Below, piece after piece: positions 33,377 to 43,535 of a stretch of 64,000 nt of DNA. Source of the stretch: Macrostomum lignano (taxonomy: Eukaryota); assembly GCA_002269645.1 (NCBI GenBank), contig NIVC01000778.1, positions 310,001-374,000 on the forward strand. Reading direction: 5' to 3'. The notes below the pieces were generated by a model that ran no database searches, was not told the DNA's origin, and saw only the letters and a program-made list of their open reading frames with translations. Positions within the stretch are counted from its first letter, which is position 1, and each line of letters starts with the position of its first letter. The translations under genes and the position numbers were made by a program.

Positions 33377-36253
33377 CACGGGCGTCGACATGGATTTTAT
33401 GATGGGGGGGGGGGGCAAAACCAAGAATTCAACATGTACATGACTAATAAATTCCTAAATTTCCATTATTTTGAGAATCGTGCTGTCAGCGCTCATTTTG
33501 GCGCCGCAGGCACTCTTTTTAGCGTCGAAGGCAATCATTTTAGCGCCGCAGGCACTCATTTTAGCGTCGCAGGCATTCCTTTCTGGTATGACGTGACTAT
33601 ATATTGATATTATTTTAATTGCATATGCAGTTTGACGCGTTTTGTTTTATCTATGGACTAGAAGCTGCAAAACAGGCTTGGGTTAAAAGCCCGCTGTGAG
33701 AATGTGAAATAAGGAGAAATAAGAGCAAGACTAAGAACTTTGGAGCCGCGGAAACGTCTGCTAGGATATCAGCACTAATAATTAATGCCTTAAGTATATT
33801 GAAGACTTGAGTAACCTGAAAACATAAAAATGGCGTCGCTGTCTCGAGAGAACCAGCGGGAGCTTCCCTGGACAGAATACAAGTTCGAGGCCTGGATCGA
33901 GCGGTTTGAAGCCGTCTGCAGGAGAAGGATGAGCAGGAGGAAGGGTTTTCGCCCAAGACCGACTTCTTCATAAGCCTCATGGGGGAAACTGCCTACGACA
34001 AGCTGCGGAACCTGGTCGCTCCGGCGAAGCCATAGAACAAGACCTTCAAGGAATTGAAGGATGAAATTGAGAAGCATGTCGTGCCGCAGAAGAAACTGGT
34101 TGTAGCTGGTAGTCATGGACATGAACGCAAAGCCGGTTATTGGCCGAAATTGGTTTAGTAGTATGGGTATCGAAGTTACCAAACGCCGTTGTCAAGCTGC
34201 AGTGGCTTATGCATCGCCCTACGGCATTGGAGGAGTTCTGGAGCAGAATGGAATGCCTGTAGCGTTTGTATCCAAGAAAATCACACCTGCCGAATCGCGC
34301 TATATAGCCAACTTGAGCGAGAAGCTCTTGGTGTGGTTTGGTGCGTCAAGAAGCTAAATAGATTTCTAGCCTATCGAAGTTTTGGGATTGTGACAGATCA
34401 CAGGCCGCTAGAATTTCTGTTTGCATCTTACAAGGACCTGCCTGAAAGAGCGAGCAAGCGAGTGCAGCGCTGGGCGGAACTGCTTGCAACGTACCAATAT
34501 AACATTAGAGGGAAAAGGACACACGAAATTCCACACACAGACGCGCTATCAAGACTCCCAACTGAGGGAAACAACTGGAGTGATAGGTCAGCGACTGAAG
34601 CAGTGAACGAAATCGCTGCGGTGGATATCTCCCTGTCCGACGAAGGACCAGTCACTGCGGATCAAATAGAACAGGCAACCCGAAAAGACGTGGAGATCCA
34701 AGAAGTTCTAGGTCGTTTGCGATCTGGGGAAGATATTCCAGAGCCATTCCGGAAAGTGCAGAACAGACTGAGCTGCGAGGATAACCTGCTGCTATTTTAT
34801 CAACGAATCGTCATCCCTGCAAAATTGAGAGCAAAAGTTATGCGTTTTCTTCATGATTCTCATCCGGGAATTCAAGCGATGAAGGCATGGCCATGGGCAC
34901 GACAGTATGTTTGGTGGCCCAATATGGAAGCCGAGATAGAAGAGTGCGTGGCAGAGTGTCGCACGTGTCAACGCCTAAGACCTTCACAGAAAGCTGTGCT
35001 TAGACCATGGCCAGTGCCAAAGGAAGCCTGGTGCCGAGTCCATGTAGATCTTGGTCAATTAGAAGGAAAAAATTTCTCATGGTCTCGGACGCTAAGATTG
35101 GATTTATTAGCGCCGAATGGGTTCGTGATACTGATGCGGCAGCCATCAACAAAGTGCTGCGAAGAACGTTTTGCAACTTTGGCATCCCGGAAGTACTGGT
35201 TACTGACAATGGACCACAGTTCGTTGCCAGTGAAACAGAAGCTTGGTTGAAACGAATGAGAGTGCTACACCTCAAGTCACCCAGATACCATCCCGCTTCG
35301 AATGGAGTAGCCGAGGTAGCAGTGAAAAGGCTGAAGACAAAGCTAAAACAGCTAAACGATCCAGACCCGGAAATGAATGCAACAGGCTTTGTACGCCATT
35401 CGAGTCTGCCCAAGAGCCAACGGTGTCGCTCCGTGTCGAGAAATGTTTGGTCGGGAGTTCAATACGAGGTTGTTACTGCTACATCGTCGGTCGTTCCAGG
35501 ACAAGAAAACAGAACAAACTCACAATCCTGTTTGGGTCCAAGATCCCTTCAACAAGGAGTGGAGAGAGGAAGTACTTCAAGAAGCGGTTGGAGAACAGCT
35601 GAGACGAGTACAGGACCATAGAGGACGAGATCTGGTGGTGCACCGGAACCATGTCAGAGACAGAGCTGAGGCTGAAACCCACAAGCCTATCGAAGACGAT
35701 GGAGAACCAAGTTCAATTCAACTTTCGGAGTCCAGGTACCCAGTGCGGATCCGGAGAGCACCGGACAGGTACCAAGCATCTTGAAGGAAAGAGGGATGAT
35801 ATGACGTGACTATATATTGATATTATTTTAATTGCATATGTAGTTTGACGCGTTTTTTTTATCTATAGACTAAATGAAGCTGCAAATTAAAACAGGCTTG
35901 GGTTAAAAGCCCGCTGTGAGAATGTGAAATAAAGAGAAATAAGAGCAAGACTAAGAACCTTGGAGCCGCGGAAACGTCTGCTAGGATATCAGCACCAATA
36001 ATTAATGCCTTAAAGACTTATTGAAGACTTTAAGTAACCTGAAAACATAACACTTTCAGCGCCGCAGGCACTCATTTTAGCGCCGCAGGCACTCTTATTG
36101 AATACCACAACGGGTCACAAGGTGGGGTGGGGGATAAAGCATTGGCATGTCCCCCCATAGCTTGTACTGTGGGGGACATGTCCCCTTCATAGCTTTTACT
36201 GGGGGGAAGGGAGGGGACATGTCCCCCCGTCCTCCCCGGTGGCGACGTGCCTG
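33377..36253. mobile_element. hAT-type MITE (about 400 bp once the nested LTR element is removed)
   Basis: Imperfect TIRs CACGGGCGTCGAC / GGCGACGTGCCTG; perfect 8-bp TSD TTTGGAGC (33369-33376, 36254-36261); internal 21-bp repeat AGCGCCGCAGGCACTCATTTT split by the LTR insertion. Confidence 0.8.
33584..36052 (+). mobile_element. Internally deleted, degenerate Ty3/gypsy (Mag/K02A2.6-like) LTR retrotransposon lacking RT
   Basis: LTRs 33584-about 33829 and 35797-36052; 5-bp TSD CTTTC; PBS TGGCGTCGCTG at 33831; purine tract GAAGGAAAGAGGGA before the 3' LTR. Frameshifted remnants of gag (WIERFE..., MGETAYDKLRNLVAPAKP), RNase H (ASPYGIGGVL, QLEREAL, TDHRPL, DALSRLP) and integrase (HDSHPG..WWP..C..C, TDNGPQF, YHPASNGVAE). 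Confidence 0.92.
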
Positions 36254-37479
36254 TTTGGAGCTTGAGCACAGAAATTGGCTGGAGGCTTGTCGTGCAATTC
36301 ACGTCCATGAAGGCCAGCCCCAAAAGCACAGTTGTGCTGTCTGGCTGTAGCATGCCTGACAATGAGAAAGTCAGGGCTGTTGAAAACTCTGTCTGAGCCT
36401 ATGTCTAAGTACGTATCTGTGTGCGTGCTCAGGGGTCAGCGGAATGAGCCTGACTGCTTGCCTCCTGGCTTCATATGCAGTTGTTCATACAGAAAAAGAA
36501 TATTTTTGGTGACAAAGTCAACTATAAACCGGTCCAATTATTTGGTGCATTTCAAAGCCAATAAAACTCGAAAAAAGAATGCAGCAACCAGGATAATTCA
36601 GTTATGATTCTCGTTGCGATTATACTTTAATGTGAGTTACAAACCAACTTGTTCATGTTTTAATTAAAGCGATTGCAAGTAACTAGCATGCAGAAAACAC
36701 GGCAAACCAGTACAGCTACAAGTACTAAGCGGGACTGGGTGCACATTTTATAAATAAGCCAACTTCATTTTTAGGTTGGTAGAGTGAGTAAAGACTGCCG
36801 GAGCCCGTAGTAACTGTAGGCAAACTCTAAATCTTTCGCAACTCTGCCAATAATTAATCTCAAATTCGATACTACTGGAAGCAGTAGTACAAGAATATAA
36901 CAAAAATTCTATTATTAGATTAGTTATTCCTAATTACTAAAACTACGATTGCTAATCTAGCATTTTATAATCCTAAGGATCTTCTCCGGCTTAACAATAA
37001 TTAAACAAAGACGGACTAGACGCGGCAGTATTAAATGAAAAATATATGTAATTAAAAAATTGAATCGGGCAAAGGCGCACGCATGCAGAGCGATTTTATA
37101 ATTTTATTTGTATTTTTAATAACAAAGGATGAGCAACTTGAAGCAACACCGACAAAAAATGATTAGCTAGGGCCACAGATACTAAAACAAACTAGATGTC
37201 ACTCAAAAAAGAGCTAATCTACTCTTTGTCATTTCAATAGTAAAATTTGCGTTTTTTGCCTTTTTATTAGTGAATTATAAATTTAATAACCTTTAACAAC
37301 ACAACATATTTCGTTTTTTAAGCTGCAACTGCAATAATAGCCTGTAGTTTTCTACAAGCAGACCCAAATCCAGTACTTATACATAGCCAGCAAGGGAGAA
37401 AAAGGGGCCCAGCCAGGCCGATTAACAGTTTGGCTTTCCTCTTGCCCGCTTGTCTGATTTTGACCTTTTTCTTTACTGC

Positions 37480-37735
37480 CCTCTCATTGGCTGAGCTAGA
37501 ATGGGCCTGCCTCTTGGGCTGAGTTTCGTCCGCCTGACTTAGACCCTGTCTCCTTACTGCTCTCTCATTGGCTGAGCTAGATTGGGCCTGCCCTTTGGGC
37601 TGAGTTTCGTCCGCCTGACTTAGACCCTGTCTCCTTACTGCTCTCTCATTGGCTGAGCTAGATTGGACCTGCTCTCTCATTGGCTGAGCTAGATTGGACC
37701 TGCCCCCTAAGCTGAGTTTCGTCCGCCGTGCGTTC
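37480..37735. repeat. About 81-bp tandem repeat (2.5 copies) containing CTCTCATTGGCTGAGCTAG
   Basis: Visible duplication. Confidence 0.8.
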
Positions 37736-38396
37736 ACTTGTGTACCGAGTTAAATGCTTGCTGTTTTTCTTAACTCAATATGCTCCCGAGGCCGTAAACC
37801 CCGGAGGAAAAGAAATTTCAGCTGCCAATATTAAATTAAAGTAACACTACGCAGACAAAACTACTGAACAATAGTAGACGCTCTACTTTTTCGACAAATT
37901 TAATTGCGAGTGGCATAATAATTGTTCTAAGTATCTGTAGGACTGTAGCTAGGACTAAGAAAGCGGGTCCTCAAATACGCTGAATGTTTATAGTAACTAA
38001 ATTTAGTATGCGTGGATAAATCAACAAAGACATTCAGCCACAAAATCAATATTGGGTTTAGAACGGAAAAAGCCGATCAAACGGAATTCCGATGCAAAAA
38101 AGCGTCAGAGAGGTCAGTAAACGGTGGACAGTGAATTTACAGTAGCAGATTAGGCTGAATTATAATAATAGTTAATCTATCTAACAGAAACACGTCATAA
38201 TACATCAATCGAGCATCGGAGAAGAGAACAATCAGCTAACTATTATTAGCAGTATGGATTTTCCGGTATAATTTCAAATTTTTGTTATTTTGTCAATCGA
38301 GACTATGTAATGTTAATTATTTAAAGTTCACTCGGCACTGAATAAATATATATTTATGCATCAACTATGACGAGGTCAATTCAGGTCACCCATCCG

Positions 38397-39467
38397 TCAC
38401 TGGTAGCCGGGTTTACGAAAAGCCGGCTGATGATGAAACGGTGCCGGGGCTCCGGAAGCCATGGAGCCGGGCGGCGGCGGCTGCTGCTGCTGACTGCGGC
38501 TATACGGATTGTAGGTCTGCGGCATCTGGTGCGGCAGCGGCGGTGGCGTCGGCGCGGGGCTGTAGCCGGCGGCCGCTGCGGCTGACGTTGCTGCAGACGT
38601 CGGCGGCGGCGGCACTGGAGCGCCGTAGGCGCCGGAGGCTGCGCTAGTCTGCGGAGCATAATCCCGTCCGGAAACGCCCGGTGGGCCTTGCGGGCCCTGT
38701 GGATAGCCGGTTGGGCCGTAAGGCATGTGGTATTGTTGTTGCTGCTGCTGCGGCTGCTGCTGATATTGCTGTTGCTGCTGCGGCACTGGTGGCGGCGTTG
38801 GGGCGTATTGGTGATGCTGCTGTGGCTGCTGCTGCTGCTGTGGCTGCGGAGGCGGGGTGGGCACTCCAGGCAGATGCTGCTGCTGCTGCTGCTGCTCATG
38901 GCTAGCGGTGCCAGCGGATGTCAGCGGGTCGAACTCGCGACTACTGCTACTGGCCGCAGCAGGACTTTGCTGCTGTTTCTGCTGCGGCAATTGCTGCTGC
39001 CGAGATTGCTCAATGCCGCCAGGAGCGGCTGAAGGTGGAGCTTGAGAAGCCTCGCGTTGACGGCCGTCCTCGCTGGAGCGGCTGTCGGACACCTGCAGCC
39101 GATCCAGAACTCGGACAACACTGTCCCGGACAGTTCGCAATTCGTCAAGCACTGCGGCGCCGGATTGAATTTTGATTTGCTCGGCGTCGCGCTTAGGAAA
39201 GCATAGGCGAAGCCGGAGCACCCGACTGGAGCAGTTGATGGCAAAGCTCAGATCAGAGTCGTCGGCTATGGTGACCAAATCGCCGTCTTCGTCGGTGTAC
39301 TTGATGACTAGATCGTCAATGCTGCTAGCTAGACAGTCACTGCCGCGGAATACGCGCTGCATCATTAGAAGCAACTCGTCGTAAGTGATCTCCTCGTTGT
39401 GAATGGGAATGCGGCGAATGTCGTCGCCCAGTTGCACTTTTATGACCAGCTTGCCTGACAGATCCAT
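38397..39467 (-). CDS. TFG: TFG (TRK-fused gene) homolog, PB1 domain plus Q/P-rich tail, single exon, about 356 aa
   Basis: [42 protein letters not shown]...[12 protein letters not shown] closely matches the known TFG N-terminus; NPYSR motif and PGYQ C-terminus; uninterrupted ORF. Confidence 0.95.
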   Translation of the reverse strand: MDLSGKLVIKVQLGDDIRRIPIHNEEITYDELLLMMQRVFRGSDCLASSIDDLVIKYTDEDGDLVTIADDSDLSFAINCSSRVLRLRLCFPKRDAEQIKIQSGAAVLDELRTVRDSVVRVLDRLQVSDSRSSEDGRQREASQAPPSAAPGGIEQSRQQQLPQQKQQQSPAAASSSSREFDPLTSAGTASHEQQQQQQHLPGVPTPPPQPQQQQQPQQHHQYAPTPPPVPQQQQQYQQQPQQQQQQYHMPYGPTGYPQGPQGPPGVSGRDYAPQTSAASGAYGAPVPPPPTSAATSAAAAAGYSPAPTPPPLPHQMPQTYNPYSRSQQQQPPPPGSMASGAPAPFHHQPAFRKPGYQ

Positions 39468-40397
39468 TGGTGAGCAGCAAAATTTCAATTGGTTCAATGA
39501 AATAGCATGATTAAATGAATAAATGAATAAAAATCAAATAAACTACCAATATCTTTGTCCTACCATTAACACTGCAGAGCCTCTCTGGCCTATAAAAGTT
39601 GCAAGTCTATAGACTAAATTCACAGATAGCTAAATCTGAAAATTAATAGGTGTTAAAATCCTAAGAGTTCCAATAATTACATTATGAATAGTTTAATCGA
39701 GCTGCTTTTTATATAAGGACTTTTTTATACTAGAACTTTTCATTTTGTTAAGTTTTAAAAGTACAAAAGCCTCTATACTTTTGGGCAAATCATAGTTTTA
39801 TAGTATCAAGATAGTTTTATTAACATGTATATATAGTTTGTTTAATTTATCAAATGGCATTTCTTCTAGTATAGATCTAGTGGATTTAGGTCATTTTGTC
39901 AGTCACATAAAAATGGTTGTTAAAAAGTATACTTTTAGAAAATTTTGTCAAGTGATAAGTTTTCAAGTCTTTTTCAAGTCTTTTTATTCATTTTCTTTTT
40001 AATCATTTGCAAGGTTACATAGGGTAAAAATACATACATAGACTTTAACTCAAGTCTTTTTATTCATTTGCAAATAATCATTTTCCTAACTTAGTTTAAA
40101 AAAATTATATTTTAAAGCAAGGGTGAATTAATTTCTAATCTCACTAAAGTTGTTATCATCTTTGTCACCAAAGTAATAAAGGTGTTGCAATAGAGATCTT
40201 TCTACTATACTACAATATAAAGCTATTACTAAAGTTGTTATAAAGCTTCACTTTTCTATTATGAAATATCTTATCACTATTAAAAAGCAGTTATAGGGCT
40301 AATTATTATTTTTTATTTTTATATTCAAAATTTATCCTATTAAAGTTGCAAATATTTTTGCTCTAATTATTAGTTGAGCTTAATTTCTTTAGGGTAT

Positions 40398-41117
40398 TGT
40401 AGTAGGGGGGTTTAGTTCAAGCAGTTTTGCTAAGGGCGTTTGCCAAGGTTTCCGATTCGTCGAGATAATTATTTTAGTTTTCCGAAATCGAGAATAAGCA
40501 GTTTTGCTTTTACGCTACTGTTAGTAGTTCACCCTCGGGAAAATATCTGAAGCTATGGGAATTCGAGTCTTAGCGGGTTTCTCTATTAGTAAAAGGCTGT
40601 TTGGCCTCGGGAAAAGCATCCTGTTCAGGACCGTCCATTGGACAACATTTGTAAGAGATCTAAGTCTCAAATAAGCCAGACTAAGGGAGTCTCCCCTTTA
40701 TAAAATAAAAGAATATATATAAGAAAGTATAAAAGGTAAGATCGGGGTAAAATAGGGAGGCTAAGAGGAGTCTACCGCTTAGTCAAAACGGAGTCTACCG
40801 AGAATAGGAATTAGTACAGTCAGTTAGATAGAAGTAAGGGAAAGGAACCAGGAGTCTACCGGTTCTAATAACATAGTAATAATAGTGCTTAAATCTTTGC
40901 ATATTTGTTTCAATAATATCATTTTCTTTTGTTTGTTTATTCCAATAATCTTCCATGAAGTCGACTCTTGTCTCACTTATTTTAATCTAAAACTATTATT
41001 ATAAGGGACATTAGTCTGGTGGCAGCAACCTACCAAATTAGAGTACATAATAACAGAAGTAATAATAGAAAACCAGAATAAACCAGTAGCCTAAACCGCA
41101 GGTACCACGCGTGTCCA
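40398..41117 (+). repeat. 5' LTR (720 bp)
   Basis: Differs from the 3' LTR at 3 substitutions by eye. Confidence 0.97.
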
Positions 41118-41119
41118 AT

Positions 41120-41138
41120 TGGTGGCAGCGGTGGGATT
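41120..41138 (+). promoter_or_regulatory. Primer-binding site complementary to the tRNA-Leu 3' end
   Basis: TGGTGGCAGCGGTGGGATT is the reverse complement of AATCCCACCGCTGCCACCA, the known 3' end of eukaryotic tRNA-Leu(AAG/TAG). Confidence 0.9.
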
Positions 41139-41541
41139 AGTAAACCCGAGAAACGCAAAAAAGTTAAGACTGGTGCAAACTAGCAAAAAAATTAGTAAAA
41201 TATATAACCTGCAAAATAAAACGTTTCGGAGAGTCAGAATCAAGTACGAAGGTAATTAATCTAAAAATTACTAAAACTAATACGATAATCCTAATCTTAG
41301 GATTAACGGATTAAGATCGAATTAACGCTTCTAGTAGCTAATAGTGTCAAAATTAATAGCAAGGTCATAATTGACCCAGTTAAAAGTGAAGAGATCACGC
41401 AGTCTAGCAGTTCTGTTCACAAAAAATTAGAAATAACCAATTAAACTAGCTAGGTAGATCAGTGACTCAGGAGTCTCCCAGTTTCACTGAATTCAATTAA
41501 TAGTAAAGTATCAGAAGCGATAATTCGTAATCAGGAATCTA

Positions 41542-42587
41542 ATGGACGCTAATGACGTAGTAGAAGCTTTGGCTGAAGGCATTAGAGACAGGCTAGACAT
41601 TAGAAAGCACATTAGGATCCAAAAGTACACGCCTAATCAAGATATAGACGTATGGATTCAGGCTTTTGAGCAAAGGTGTATCGCAGATGAGATACCTGCA
41701 GCCGATTGGAAAAATGAACTACTATCTAATCTAGATGTCCAATCAGCATTTGCTATTGTGACAAGGCTGAATTTAGATCCTAATCTACCGTATGCTGAAT
41801 TCAAGGATAGGCTCATCGAACGATTCACGCATGCGGGTAGTGCCCAAGAAGCTAGGGAAGAATTCCGCAGCAGATATCAATCTAAGACAGAGAGCTCTGA
41901 CGACTATGCGGAGAAGCTGACAGAGTTAGCCTATAGGGCATTTCCCCACCTAACTAATGACCAAAGACAGGAAGAAGTGGTGGAACAATTTATTAGAGGT
42001 GTTAGGATAACCCCAGAGGCTAGGGAAAAGCTACTGCTAGCACAGGCGAACACACTCCAAGAGACACGTCGAGTCTTGCGACGTATCGAAATGGCGTATA
42101 CCATGTCTCGCCGAGGGAGAGATCCAGCTCAGTGCAAGGCAACTGGAGGAGATGAGGCTGAGAGTAGCTTGAGGGAGTTAGTCCGCAAGCAAGGTGAGAC
42201 ACTAGAAAGCCAGCAGAGGGTGCTCCAGGAGTTGCTTCGACACCAGCAGAGTGCTGAGCAGAAGGCTAGGCAGAAGCCGTACCAAGGCCAGCAACAGGGC
42301 CAAGGTCAGAAGCAGCCAGTAAAGTGCTTCAAGTGTGGGAAAAGGGTCACATAGCTAAGCATTGCCAGCAGCAGCAGAATCAGCCGCAGTTTCCGCAGCA
42401 GCAGTTTCCACAACCACCACAGTTTATTCCGTACCAGCCGCAGTACCCGCCGCCGCAGTTCCCGCAGCAGCAGTTCCCGCAGCAGTACCAGAATAAGAAT
42501 CAGGGAAACGGAGTAGCCGGAAGCGTAGGGGCAACGCTTTCCAGAAGTAGACAGCCAGCAGTCTGTAGCCTCGCAACCTGTAAATAG
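41542..42587 (+). CDS. gag: Gag with CCHC zinc knuckle, interrupted by a 1-nt frameshift near 42337
   Basis: ORF 41542-42354 plus overlapping 42324-42587 rebuild CFKCGK-KGHIAKHC, followed by a Q/P-rich tail. Confidence 0.85.
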
Positions 42588-42615
42588 CAGCGATAGTTTT
42601 TCTGTAAATAGTGAA

Positions 42616-43380
42616 TTGAATTCTTTGTATAACAGTATGCATGCGCAACCATTTAATCAATCATTTAATCAACCAAATATTTATTCTCAGCACTTTTCAC
42701 ACGCACCACAGCAACAACCTTGTTCTAGTAAGCAGCAAATTAAACCACAAAATTTAAGCGAACCAACTAAGAAGCAAAATTACGATCCGTATATTACTGG
42801 CAGCATTCTAAATAAGGAGGTAGTTTATCTATTAGACACTGGCAGCAATAGGAACATTCTAGGACGTGAAACCTGGAAACACTTGTTCACTGGCAAGAAT
42901 AGTCACTTAATTAAACAATGGAACAATAGAATCGTATCGTTCACAGAAGAGCCGATTCCAATTAAAGGTTCCGTAGTTATTAAGGCGACATTCGGTGATT
43001 TTGAAGAAGAAATAGAGTTTCTCTTATGTGACGCAGAAGTAGACAATGTAATAGGCGTGACGTTTGTCCAACAATATTGTAATGCTATCGACTTTGAGAC
43101 AGGAATGCTAACTATGAAGCAGGGAACCAGAATTCCACTTCGTTCTACCAGAGCTAAGCCTCAGGTTAAGAGAATCTATGTTGCAGAAAAGACGACAGTT
43201 CCAGCTAATAGTTCAGGATTAGTCAAAGTTAGATTAGCCACAGGTAGCGAATCCAATTTCGGAGTGCCGTCAGTTGTTGAGCCACTCAGATCAGGATTGA
43301 AGACTAGAGCAGAGAAGGTAACTGTAGTACCAAGCTTAGTAACTTTTAAGGCAAGGAGAAGCGTATCTAGAAGTGATTAA
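42616..43380 (+). CDS. pol: Aspartic protease region of pol (frameshifted)
   Basis: VYLLDTGSNRNILG motif. The frame is open from 42529; two further 1-nt indels (near 43345 and 43498) link it to RT. Confidence 0.88.
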   Translation: MNSLYNSMHAQPFNQSFNQPNIYSQHFSHAPQQQPCSSKQQIKPQNLSEPTKKQNYDPYITGSILNKEVVYLLDTGSNRNILGRETWKHLFTGKNSHLIKQWNNRIVSFTEEPIPIKGSVVIKATFGDFEEEIEFLLCDAEVDNVIGVTFVQQYCNAIDFETGMLTMKQGTRIPLRSTRAKPQVKRIYVAEKTTVPANSSGLVKVRLATGSESNFGVPSVVEPLRSGLKTRAEKVTVVPSLVTFKARRSVSRSD

Positions 43381-43535
43381 CACCAGCTCACAGGAAGCTA
43401 GAGTGCCAGCATCAGCACTGGTAGGAATGGCTAAGCCACTTTTAGCTAGCGAATTAAACTATCTTAAAGATCAACCAGAGAAAGAGCAGTTATGCCAAAA
43501 ATAGAGACACGCAGTTTTGCGAAAACATCAGACAG

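Noticed and set aside
36280-36600. hAT dimerisation-domain remnant (GLAFMDVN)
   Set aside because: Similarity is too short and degenerate to support.
42330-42345. Programmed frameshift at GGGAAAA in gag
   Set aside because: The heptamer is out of phase and a shift here would split the CCHC knuckle; a 1-nt deletion is simpler.
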